Positions 52,603-60,614 of a stretch of 64,000 nt of DNA are shown piece after piece. The notes under the pieces were generated by a model that saw only the letters and a list, made by a program, of their open reading frames with translations, ran no database searches and was not told where the DNA came from. Made by a program: the position numbers and the translations under genes. The stretch is from the NCBI RefSeq assembly GCF_048403405.1, contig NZ_CP183129.1; one strand, given 5' to 3'. Within the stretch, counting starts at the first letter, position 1; each line of letters opens with the position of its first letter. The DNA comes from Escherichia coli. GTDB lineage: Bacteria; Pseudomonadota; Gammaproteobacteria; Enterobacterales; Enterobacteriaceae.

Positions 52603-52941
52603 ATGACGAAAGGAAAAACCGGGCGCCGGTTATGGCCGGTGCTGAAAGTAACCGGGCTGACCCTGCTCAGTATGGTGGTGTTGCTGGCGGTGGCTCAGCT
52701 GGGGCTGAGTTATTACGGTGAGGCGGACAGTCTGCGCCGGGCGTTTTACCGTGCCCGCTGGTTCTGGCTGGTCTGGCGGTGTGTGTTGTACGGAGCCGTG
52801 GCGGTTGGATTATGGAAACTGTATCACCACCCGAAAGTCAGTGAGACGGCCCGGCGCAGTCTGAAGCGCAGCGGGCTGGCGATGGCCGCCTTTGTGGCGG
52901 TGAGTGAATGGTCAGTCTGGGCGGGAGGTGACGGCTTATGA
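52603..52941 (+). CDS. Small 3-TM membrane protein of the transfer operon
   Basis: Start abuts the upstream stop. ATGA overlap with traG. Confidence 0.45.
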   Translation: MTKGKTGRRLWPVLKVTGLTLLSMVVLLAVAQLGLSYYGEADSLRRAFYRARWFWLVWRCVLYGAVAVGLWKLYHHPKVSETARRSLKRSGLAMAAFVAVSEWSVWAGGDGL

Positions 52942-54419
52942 TGACAAACAGTTATCTCGAGTATTTTCTCACGCTGCTGGCCTGGGTGGTGAATAACGGA
53001 TTGTGGTCGGTACTGACCAGCACCGGGCTGTTTGCGCTGCCGCTGGTCTTTAAAGTGCTGGGGATCTGGCTGAAAGTGCGGGAAGAGGGGGAGGATGAGG
53101 GTAACAAAGGTTCACTGGCAATTGTGCGTATCGAGAACGCGCTTTACGGCGCCTTTGTGGTGATCCTGTTTTGTTGTGTGCCGTTGATGGAGGTGAGTGT
53201 CAGTACCCTGCAATTTGATACCAGCCGGACCAAAACCTGCGGCACCTGGACCCCGGTGAAGCCGGCGGAATCCGGTTACAGCGGCGTGGTGTCGTCACTG
53301 GATAATCAGACAGCCAAAATCCCGCTGTGGTGGATGCTGGTACATAAGCTGTCGAAAGGGGTGACTCAGGCGGCGGTGGCCAGCATTCCGTGCCGGCCGG
53401 ATTTGCGTCAGGTGCGTTTTGAGGTGCAGCACAGCAACATTAAAAATCCGGCGCTGGCTGCCGCACTTCAGGATTTTACGGATGACTGTTACTCACGTGC
53501 CCTGTATGACTGGAAAGCGAAAGATCAGGGAAAAACACAGGATGAAAAAACGTTACAGGATATCACCTGGATAGGCTCGGCCACCTTTATGAAAGGGGAA
53601 TATCATCAGATCCAGTCACGGACACCGCGGGCGGGCTTTCCCTGGGATGCCGACCGGGATGACGGGTATGCGAATGTCAACGGCAACGGTTACCCGACCT
53701 GTTATCAGTGGTGGAATGATGCGAATGCAGGGTTACTGAAACTTGTCAAAGAGCAGACCGATGAAGGGATGTGGCTGCGTGCCCGGGCGGCGATGAAGCT
53801 GATTAATAAAAACTCGAAAGAGTTTGAGGAGGCCATCGTCCGCCGGCTGGTGAGTCCGGCGAATCTGGATGTCTCCGGCGGCCGGGTATACCGGGGATAC
53901 GGGGGTAATGCGGATATGACGGTGATGAATGAGCTGGCCAGAATGGGAGGGGTAGCCGGGACTTCGCTGGCGTCACTGGGGGCATTCCCTGCCTTTGATA
54001 CGATGCGACAGTCCTTACCGATGGTGCAGGGGCTGATGTTAATGGCGGTGTATATCATGATCCCGATGGTGCTGATGTTTTCGGCGTATGAATTTAAGAC
54101 GGCGATAACGGTGACGTTTGTGATATTTGCGCTGAACTTTCTGACATTCTGGTGGGAGCTGGCACGCTGGATAGACAGCTGGATGATGGAGGCACTGTAT
54201 AATTCCGATACGCACAGTCAGTGGAATATGAACGGGCTTCAGAACACGTCTGATGATGTCATTATGAACCTGGTAATGGGAACGATGTTTTTGGTGTTGC
54301 CGGCGTTGTGGTTGACAGCATTTGGTTGGGCTGGAGCTAAAGTTGGGTCCGAGCTAGGTAATATGACATCTAACGCGACTTCACCTGCGCATAGTGCGGG
54401 GGGAAAGGAGGACAGTTAG
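52938..54419 (+). CDS. traG: TraG-like conjugal transfer membrane protein (TraG_N domain)
   Basis: Polytopic protein with a large periplasmic loop. It is the last gene of the GC-rich module, and composition drops to AT-rich right after its stop. Confidence 0.6.
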   Translation: MMTNSYLEYFLTLLAWVVNNGLWSVLTSTGLFALPLVFKVLGIWLKVREEGEDEGNKGSLAIVRIENALYGAFVVILFCCVPLMEVSVSTLQFDTSRTKTCGTWTPVKPAESGYSGVVSSLDNQTAKIPLWWMLVHKLSKGVTQAAVASIPCRPDLRQVRFEVQHSNIKNPALAAALQDFTDDCYSRALYDWKAKDQGKTQDEKTLQDITWIGSATFMKGEYHQIQSRTPRAGFPWDADRDDGYANVNGNGYPTCYQWWNDANAGLLKLVKEQTDEGMWLRARAAMKLINKNSKEFEEAIVRRLVSPANLDVSGGRVYRGYGGNADMTVMNELARMGGVAGTSLASLGAFPAFDTMRQSLPMVQGLMLMAVYIMIPMVLMFSAYEFKTAITVTFVIFALNFLTFWWELARWIDSWMMEALYNSDTHSQWNMNGLQNTSDDVIMNLVMGTMFLVLPALWLTAFGWAGAKVGSELGNMTSNATSPAHSAGGKEDS

Positions 54420-54493
54420 CAGAACAAGCTATTTCTAAAAAAGTTAACTAATAATATTTTGAAGCCAGCTGCAAAATTTAGTTTTGTGGCTGG

Positions 54494-54901
54494 CTAATCT
54501 TCGTCAATATTTATTCCGTTCATATAATATCCAAAACCTTGGTTGCCATTTCTAAAGTCGTCACTATTGCCAACGAGATTGGATTGCCATTCATTATTGT
54601 TATCAGTGGATTGAATGTTATTTCCTGAAGAAATATCAATGTGTTCTATTACAGAAAATAAAATCACCAACGCTCCAAAGGTAAATAGGATGTACAAACT
54701 GAAATAAGCCAGTAACGCGATGACTGCGAGAGTTATAGATACCAGTGGAATATGCCCCAGCCAACCCGGCATATTTTTGCTTTTGGCGCTTGCCACACAG
54801 TTCTTATCGAAAGCCTTCAATTTTTTGATTAGCCATTTTGCTTTATAAGCTGCTTTTATGCCCCAGCGTTCTCCTCTGGAAGCGGCTGTTTTATCACTCA
54901 T
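54494..54901 (-). CDS. Small 2-TM membrane protein (possibly DUF3742-type ICE protein; unverified)
   Basis: Basic N-terminus (ASRGERWGIKAAYKAKW), two TM helices, Asn/Asp/Gly-rich tail. It is convergent on traG. Confidence 0.4.
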   Translation of the reverse strand: MSDKTAASRGERWGIKAAYKAKWLIKKLKAFDKNCVASAKSKNMPGWLGHIPLVSITLAVIALLAYFSLYILFTFGALVILFSVIEHIDISSGNNIQSTDNNNEWQSNLVGNSDDFRNGNQGFGYYMNGINIDED

Positions 54902-55243
54902 TTCCCCCTCCGGTAATCAGTGAGTCTGATTTATCTCATGCTTGTCGTCTATCGTTAATACAATTTTAGGTCGATTTTTAATCATTGTCTACATCTTGTG
55001 AGTTATGCACATATCCACGGTCACCAAGCCAGTGCAACCCGATGCCAACAAGCAATCGGGTAAACGGGAGCGTACAGGGCATCGGCCCTGATGGTGGCGG
55101 TGGGTATGTGTATAACTTTTTTGTTGCCTTCATATAAAAATCTTATTCTTTCATCTGGATGGATTTATTGAATTTGATTTTTTATGTCAGTTTAAGTAAG
55201 TTTTTAATATGTATCCGAGTCCTTGTATATAGGAGATGATAAT

Positions 55244-55782
55244 ATGAATTTTATTTTTTGGTTTGTGGTCTTAATAGGGGCGGGATATTTGTGGAGGAGG
55301 AGGGGTTGGTTCAGTAAAATAAGGAAGCAATACTCAAGGAGAAAAACAACATTAAATGGTAACAAAGGATGTTTATATAATAAAAAAAATGACAATGATG
55401 CTTTGGAAGGTAATGGGGATTGTAATAATTTTTATTCTGAGAATAAAGAAAGTTTCTTTTGGTTAATGATTGAGAGAGGTATTAAATTTTACAGAAAAGA
55501 ATATTTGACTACGATTACTGAAAAAAATATCATGATAAGTTAGTGAGCTGGTTTGGTGAGAAATGTTATATACATTGTCAGGTTAGTTTAGGGAGTTTAT
55601 TTATATTCCCAAAACAAAAAAATTTTACTGATGAAGAACAAAAACGTTTTTTTTCTGTTTGTAATAGAATGTCCTTGGATTTTATTTTAACATTTAAAAC
55701 TAATATGCCCTTCTTACGTGTTTCTGTTGACTCTATGAAAAATAAACCGCCTGTTTGGGATGTTTATGATAAATCCAAATAA
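55244..55782 (+). pseudogene. DUF2726-like (NERD/nuclease-fold-related) protein, frameshifted
   Basis: ATG 55244 follows AGGAG, then an N-terminal TM. The reading frame breaks at TAG 55541-55543. The next frame continues with CYIHCQVSLGSLF...NRMSLDFILTFKTNMPFLRVSVD, which resembles the DUF2726 core as I remember it. Confidence 0.4.
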
Positions 55783-55868
55783 AAACATATCTGATTGTTG
55801 AGTTTTCGTGATTAAAGATGGCATTGATTATTAATACGATGAAGAACCAACAAGGGGATATTTAATAA

Positions 55869-55907
55869 AGAGAAAAAGGAGGATGTAAAATATTCTCCTT
55901 TTTCTTT
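55869..55907 (+). terminator. Hairpin terminator candidate
   Basis: AGAGAAAAAGGAG / CTCCTTTTTCTTT stem (one G-T pair) with a 13-nt loop, followed by TTTATC. Confidence 0.45.
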
Positions 55908-55915
55908 ATCGGGTA

Positions 55916-55944
55916 TTGACGAAAAAAGAAAGTTTGATTAAATT
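55916..55944 (+). promoter_or_regulatory. Sigma70-like promoter ahead of pseudoknot array 1
   Basis: TTGACG (55916-55921), 17 nt, TAAATT (55939-55944). The array starts about 14 nt downstream. Confidence 0.5.
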
Positions 55945-55957
55945 TACCACGTTACAC

Positions 55958-56176
55958 CGTTGCTTAATGCAACATTGCCAATGCTTCGGTTGTCTGAGAG
56001 AAGCGCCTACGGGTGACAACAATGCCAATCCGGCAATCTGAGAGGAACGCCTACGGGTGATTGCCACTGCCAATCCTCGGGTCATCTGAGACGAGGGCCT
56101 ACGGGCGATGACAGAACTCCGTTCGTCCTTGAAATCGACGGAGGGTGATAACAGAATAGCGTTATCATCAGGATTA
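55958..56176 (+). ncRNA. Tandem pseudoknot array 1 (three units plus two hairpins), STAXI-like
   Basis: Units start at 55977, 56024 and 56069, each GCCAAT-S1-S2-CTGAGA-S1'-GCCTACGGG-S2'. Helix pairs are GCTTC/GAAGC and GTTGTC/GACAAC; CC/GG and GGCAATC/GATTGCC; CCTCG/CGAGG and GTCATC/GATGAC. Hairpins lie at 56117-56143 and 56146-56167. Confidence 0.65.
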
Positions 56177-56389
56177 ACTGCACTTCAGTGACCATGTCAC
56201 AGCTATCCGGTCACTCGGATATCCACAAAAAAGCAGAGTATGCGATAACGTGTATCTGCCTCTTCTGATGTGTTCTGACGAATACGTCCTGCTTTCTGCA
56301 ACCTTTGTATGCCCGGTATGACGCGTTTCCATTGCGCAGCTTTGGAAAGCGGCATCTTCGGAGCAATACATTGAGCAGCAGAATGATGG

Positions 56390-56436
56390 GCGTGCGTCAC
56401 TTTCGTCAAGTGAAACGAAGACAAAGTGACGCACGC
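56390..56436. other. Long hairpin (14-bp perfect inverted repeat) in an untranslated stretch
   Basis: GCGTGCGTCACTTT (56390-56403) pairs with AAAGTGACGCACGC (56423-56436), with additional inner pairs TTCGT/ACGAA. Confidence 0.6.
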
Positions 56437-56824
56437 AAGTGCATACGCTCAGAACGCTTCAATACTGGTCTTACAGCAAAACTGACAATCTGACAGACAT
56501 GTAATGCATTGCTCAGAACGGCTGAAAGTCTTTCAACGCTCAACGTTTATATGATGATAAAAACGTATAACATTATGAAAAAAGGAGAAAAAACGACACG
56601 ATACCAAGGCGACGTCAGGAAACTGACGGACGGAGGTGCCCTGATAACGGGGGCCGGTCTGATGACCGCAAACAGTTCAGAGAACTGATTTGATACCTCT
56701 CAACAACTCAACCTTTTATCGCCCCGGTGCTCAGGTATCTGTCAGGTCGCAGGATGCGCAATATAAAACCGTCGCGCCGGGAAAAGGTAACCAGTTGAGA
56801 GCGAAAGAGGCGGAGAATCAGAGA

Positions 56825-57733
56825 ATGTCCAGAAGAGCAAAAGCCCTGTCCCGTGAAATGCATATCCTTGCACGTCAGGCCGGAGGGAGCTTTAAAACCA
56901 TTGCAGACCGGGTCAAAATTGCAGAACGGGTTGCGGCAGAGCTGGCCGGGTTGAATATTCAGATACGATCTGTTGAGCAACTGAAATCCCGCCATATTGA
57001 AATGTATATCCATGCCCGCAGAGAACAGAATATCAGTTTACGCAGCTGTCAAAACGAAATGTCGGCTATCCGGGCGATATTTCGTGTTGCCGGACGTCAT
57101 AAACTGGCTGACCCTAAACATGAGCGCCTCAGTAATGAGGCGCTGGGGCTTTCAGGTGCCAGCAGGGCTGGCACCCGTACCGCGATATCGGACGAGCGCT
57201 TTCACGAAGCGCTCGCTCGGATTGAGCCTTATGATCAGGGGGTGGCATTAACTATGCAGTTATCCCGTAGTCTGGGATTGAGAAATGAAGAAGCCGTGCA
57301 GTCAGTAAAATCATTACGGACCTGGCAACAGGCGCTTAAAAACGGTAAAGATCGCGTTCATGTGGTTTTTGGGACAAAAGGAGGCAGACCCCGTGAAGCA
57401 TTAGTGCCGGATAAAGCCCGTGTATTAACATTAATTAATAAAGCCATTGAATATGCGGATAAACATAACGGTTATTTAATTAATCGTCCGTCATTACATT
57501 CTGCCAAAGATCGTTATATTAATGTGATGCGACGGATAGGCGGATTTATTCACGAAGAATCAAATCATGGTTTACGGTATGCCTATGCTCAGGATGTTGA
57601 AAAATATTATCTCAGTCAGGGATTCAGTCAAAAGGAAGCCTATGCATTAACCTCCATGGATTTAGGGCATGGTGACGGTCGTGGCGATTATATTAAACGG
57701 GTTTATAGTCAGAAAGGAGATATTGAGGAATAA
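56825..57733 (+). CDS. Tyrosine-recombinase-like protein (phage integrase-fold, Integrase_1-type)
   Basis: Candidate catalytic residues: LGLRNEEA (Arg), HGLRYAYA (His-x-x-Arg), GDYIKRVY (Tyr). ATG 56825 follows GGAG. The TTG-initiated track ORF from 56690 is less likely. Confidence 0.65.
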   Translation: MSRRAKALSREMHILARQAGGSFKTIADRVKIAERVAAELAGLNIQIRSVEQLKSRHIEMYIHARREQNISLRSCQNEMSAIRAIFRVAGRHKLADPKHERLSNEALGLSGASRAGTRTAISDERFHEALARIEPYDQGVALTMQLSRSLGLRNEEAVQSVKSLRTWQQALKNGKDRVHVVFGTKGGRPREALVPDKARVLTLINKAIEYADKHNGYLINRPSLHSAKDRYINVMRRIGGFIHEESNHGLRYAYAQDVEKYYLSQGFSQKEAYALTSMDLGHGDGRGDYIKRVYSQKGDIEE

Positions 57734-57740
57734 GATAAAA

Positions 57741-58352
57741 ATGAAAGTCTGTTTAATTATTTTGTTTATTAATTTTGCTTTTTGTTTTCCGTTAATGGCG
57801 AAGACGTTATTTTTAGGTGATTCATTAACGGCTGTTTATGAAATGTCAGCAAAATATGTTTTGGATGAAAAAATAAAAACAGAATATGTTTCCGGTTCGG
57901 GGTTAATAAATAAAAGTAAAAAAGATTGGATCGCTTTCGTGAATAATTTCGATTTGCGGGAGTTTGATAATGTGATTATTAGTCTCGGAACAAATGATTT
58001 TGTTCAATATGGTTCGGATGAATGGCTGAAATATTACAGTCTGGTATTTCAATTCATTGCTGAAATTCAAAGTGAAAATCCGTTAGCGACAATTGTCTGG
58101 ATATCTCCACCACATTTAAAAAATCCGGAACATGAACGTTATTTAATACATACCCGGCATATAATTAAACACAGTGCGATGTTATTAAATATTCATTATC
58201 TGGATATTAATCAGCCTCATATATTAGGAACGCAATGGCAATCTGTTATTCATAATGAAACTGTACGAACTGATGATGGAATACATATTACCCGTAAAGG
58301 GGGAGTACGGGTGATCAGAGAAGTGGTAAAAATCCTGAATGGGCAGGATTGA
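57741..58352 (+). CDS. Secreted SGNH/GDSL-family hydrolase
   Basis: Signal peptide. Block I FLGDSLT, block III LGTND, block V DDGIHIT. It is markedly more AT-rich than the flanking genes. Confidence 0.75.
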   Translation: MKVCLIILFINFAFCFPLMAKTLFLGDSLTAVYEMSAKYVLDEKIKTEYVSGSGLINKSKKDWIAFVNNFDLREFDNVIISLGTNDFVQYGSDEWLKYYSLVFQFIAEIQSENPLATIVWISPPHLKNPEHERYLIHTRHIIKHSAMLLNIHYLDINQPHILGTQWQSVIHNETVRTDDGIHITRKGGVRVIREVVKILNGQD

Positions 58353-58377
58353 CAAAGATAAAAAAACGGCTAAAAAT
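58349..58377 (+). promoter_or_regulatory. Sigma70-like promoter ahead of pseudoknot array 2
   Basis: TTGACA (58349-58354, overlapping the hydrolase stop), 16-17 nt, TAAAAA/AAAAAT (58371-58377). Confidence 0.5.
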
Positions 58378-58391
58378 GAATCTGCTTATCT

Positions 58392-58612
58392 CGTTGCGTA
58401 ATGCAACTTGCCAATGCTTCGGTTGTCTGAGAGAAGCGCCTACGGGTGACAACAATGCCAATGTTCCGGCAATCTGAGAGGAACGCCTACGGGTGATTGC
58501 CACTGCCAATCCTCGGGTCATCTGAGACGGGAGCCTACGGGCGATGACAGAACTCCGTTCGTCCTTGAAATCGACGGAGGGTGATAACAGAATAGCGTTA
58601 TCATCAGGATTA
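58392..58612 (+). ncRNA. Tandem pseudoknot array 2, STAXI-like (direct repeat of 55958-56176)
   Basis: Near-identical to array 1. Unit 2 has the fuller S1 helix GTTCC/GGAAC (3-nt indel relative to array 1). The array is followed by TTTTT. Confidence 0.65.
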
Positions 58613-58640
58613 TTTTTACGCAACGCTTCATATAACCTGC

Positions 58641-58700
58641 CCGCTGACGGGGAAATCACCCGTCATCAGGGAATTTCTCCGTTTTTTCAGGAGAAATTCA
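58641..58700 (+). promoter_or_regulatory. Leader: conserved ACGGGG...CCCGTCA hairpin plus SD-sequestering hairpin
   Basis: First hairpin: TGACGGG / CCCGTCA (58645-58665). Second: a perfect 10-bp stem GAATTTCTCC (58671-58680) / GGAGAAATTC (58690-58699) with a T-rich loop. The GGAG SD lies inside the stem, and the ATG is at 58701. Confidence 0.6.
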
Positions 58701-59063
58701 ATGAAGGTATCTACATTTCCGGAATCGTCTTTTTTTGACGATCTGCACTCTCTCACGCAACTGCATCACCTCTCAGGTGAGCTCGACATGGTTCTTGCTT
58801 TTGTCCGTCTGGATATTGGCGAGCACCCGGACGAAGATAATTTTCCGCCAAACTTCTGGATAATCAGTGCCGTTGCAGAGCAACTGGGCGCGTTATCTGT
58901 GGAGGCTGATTTTACCCGTCCACATCTTGAGAAAATGGTCCGCGCTGTCTGGAAAGCGGCTGAGCAAACGCCTTATGCGTCTGACTTTCGCCGTATCTAC
59001 AACGATGCGATCAAAAATGCACAGTTTGAAGATCCGGTTGAAGCGCTGATGTTTGGTGCTTAA
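58701..59063 (+). CDS. Hypothetical acidic protein (120 aa)
   Basis: ATG start with the structured leader described above. No family recognised. Confidence 0.55.
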   Translation: MKVSTFPESSFFDDLHSLTQLHHLSGELDMVLAFVRLDIGEHPDEDNFPPNFWIISAVAEQLGALSVEADFTRPHLEKMVRAVWKAAEQTPYASDFRRIYNDAIKNAQFEDPVEALMFGA

Positions 59064-59144
59064 CGGCGGACATTCACTGATTTTATGACCCATACGGGAA
59101 AACATCCCGTGAGGGCTGTATTCCCTTATCTGAGGATAGCCCTT

Positions 59145-59553
59145 ATGACTCTTTTTACATTGAATTATGGTGTTGCCCACGTAATGTCTGGTATTGCCAG
59201 TTATTTATTTCCGCATTCCCGTGTTTCTCAGCAACTGAAGGCCGTTGCTAATGATGCCCGGATGCTGAAAATCACCGCAGAAGAACTGGAGGTGATACGT
59301 TTGGACGAAAAACGGATGTATCAGAGCGGAGATTACAGAGAACTGCCGTTTATTGAGCTTGATTTGTATACAACGGCATTTCGTTTTGGCGCCCTGATTT
59401 ACTATGGACTCGCAAACCGGTGCCCCCGCATTTTTGCTTCACCGGCTGACAGTCATCGCTGAGCGGCTCGATCCGGAAATCTGGAATGAAGCCTGGCGCT
59501 GGGGTTACCGCTGCTGCCTGCAACACGAAAATGAAAAGCATGTAACCGACTGA
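59145..59553 (+). pseudogene. Paralog of the 59629-60051 gene, with a +1 frame break in a C5/T5 homopolymer zone
   Basis: ATG 59145 follows GAGGA. Frame 0 stops at 59460-59462. The +1 frame continues APAFLLHRLTVIAERLDPEIWNEAW..., which aligns to PWPACLLRRLPDIGQRIDAVIWQKGC of the downstream gene. Upstream matches include NYGV/IYGI, DARML/EARTL and LYTTAFRFGALI/LYDAGFAYGRLL. Confidence 0.55.
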
Positions 59554-59628
59554 TTTAACGGACTCACAGGTGTCAGTCAGCTACCCTGAAATGGGGCTGC
59601 TTCCATTTACTGATCAGGTTTGATAACC

Positions 59629-60051
59629 ATGATTTATGGCATTACCCGCGGACTGTTCTTTGTGGCCGATCACGTCTGTCGCTATTCCCGGAGTTGGGAA
59701 TGGCTGATGTGGCTGGTTGAGGAAGCCCGGACACTGCGAAATGTTGAGGCTGATTTGAAACTGGCTGAAAGGTATGCCGGTGAGCAAAACCGCCCTCATT
59801 CCATTTCGCTGATGAAGTGTACGCTTTATGATGCCGGATTTGCTTACGGCAGATTATTACTGTGGCGTGCGGATGGTCTGATGAGACCCTGGCCGGCATG
59901 TCTGCTTCGCCGTTTACCGGATATCGGTCAGCGGATTGATGCAGTGATCTGGCAGAAAGGCTGTGAAGCCGGCTTGGATGAGACCGTCAGTGAATGGATG
60001 GCAATGGAGATGGCTGATGAATACCTTGTCGGTATCGAACTGAGCGACTGA
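59629..60051 (+). CDS. Hypothetical protein (140 aa), intact paralog
   Basis: ATG 59629 (the track ORF starts at TTG 59620). No family recognised. Confidence 0.55.
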   Translation: MIYGITRGLFFVADHVCRYSRSWEWLMWLVEEARTLRNVEADLKLAERYAGEQNRPHSISLMKCTLYDAGFAYGRLLLWRADGLMRPWPACLLRRLPDIGQRIDAVIWQKGCEAGLDETVSEWMAMEMADEYLVGIELSD

Positions 60052-60084
60052 TTTGCCGGCATTCATTCTTTTTTTACTTACCTA

Positions 60085-60147
60085 CCCGACGGGGAAACTC
60101 CCCGTCAGGTGGACGTTTCTCCGTCTTTTTTTACCGGAGAAACACAC
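60085..60147 (+). promoter_or_regulatory. Leader: conserved ACGGGG...CCCCGTCAGG hairpin plus SD-sequestering hairpin
   Basis: First hairpin: GACGGGG / CCCCGTC (60088-60106), loop AAACT. Second: a 9-bp stem GTTTCTCCG (60115-60123) / CGGAGAAAC (60135-60143) with a T-rich loop. GGAGA is inside the stem, and the ATG is at 60148. Confidence 0.6.
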
Positions 60148-60504
60148 ATGTCTGTTTTACTGCCAGAAAACAAACCGTTTTCATTTCTGAGTCTGATCAT
60201 GCAACGGCTGTACCGTTTTTATGACCGTATACCGTTTGTTTCGTCAGGGATACCCGGTGAATTACCGTGGATAAGTAACCGAACCGGCCGGCGCGCTTAC
60301 CGTGCGACGGTGGTGAAAGTGAATCCCCGGCAGTTCAGGATCCGCATTACTGTACGTCTGGGCGCGCATTCGAAAGAATACCGCTTTCATTCGTTGATAA
60401 CCTCGCTGGACAGCAGGACATTTTGTTCCATAAAAGCGGCCTCCCGTGCCGGATTTGCACTGACATACCAGCTGGCACAGGTGCGTTATGCCTGGTGTCG
60501 CTGA
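60148..60504 (+). CDS. Hypothetical basic protein (118 aa)
   Basis: ATG 60148 is preferred over the GTG 60109 track start because of the SD position. No family recognised. Confidence 0.5.
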   Translation: MSVLLPENKPFSFLSLIMQRLYRFYDRIPFVSSGIPGELPWISNRTGRRAYRATVVKVNPRQFRIRITVRLGAHSKEYRFHSLITSLDSRTFCSIKAASRAGFALTYQLAQVRYAWCR

Positions 60505-60550
60505 TTTGTTGTACTGATAGCACCATTGACTTTTTGTTATGACCCCGCCC

Positions 60551-60593
60551 GGCGGATTGATTTCCGTCAGGAGATGAATCCGCCATTTTTTTA
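60551..60593 (+). terminator. Hairpin plus T7 tract directly upstream of the next gene's SD
   Basis: GGCGGATT / AATCCGCC outer stem with inner pairs around CCGTCAGG, followed by ATTTTTTT. SD GAGGA lies at 60602-60606 and the ATG at 60615. Confidence 0.55.
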
Positions 60594-60614
60594 ATCAGAA
60601 TGAGGATTTATCAC

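Noticed and set aside
55977-56112. Evenly spaced roughly 46-nt repeats that could be mistaken for a mini CRISPR array.
   Set aside because: There are only three units. The variable parts are the paired helix arms (complementary within each unit), not spacers. No cas genes or leader are present. The same array recurs as a whole 2.4 kb away.
56174-56434. Minus-strand ORFs of 86 and 73 aa, and a plus-strand 62-aa ORF (56305-56493), in the region after array 1.
   Set aside because: They are mutually overlapping, have no start context, are Cys/Ser/His-rich with no motif, and span the long hairpin. They are treated as non-coding; see the finding on 56177-56824.
55958-58612. A retron or other RT-associated ncRNA as an explanation for the structured repeats.
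   Set aside because: No reverse-transcriptase ORF occurs anywhere in the window. The enclosed genes are a tyrosine-recombinase-like protein and an SGNH hydrolase.
58315-58659. A 114-aa minus-strand ORF and a 64-aa plus-strand ORF (58544-58738) across pseudoknot array 2.
   Set aside because: They run through the repeated structured element, and the equivalent frames in array 1 are broken by the indels. That argues against protein coding.
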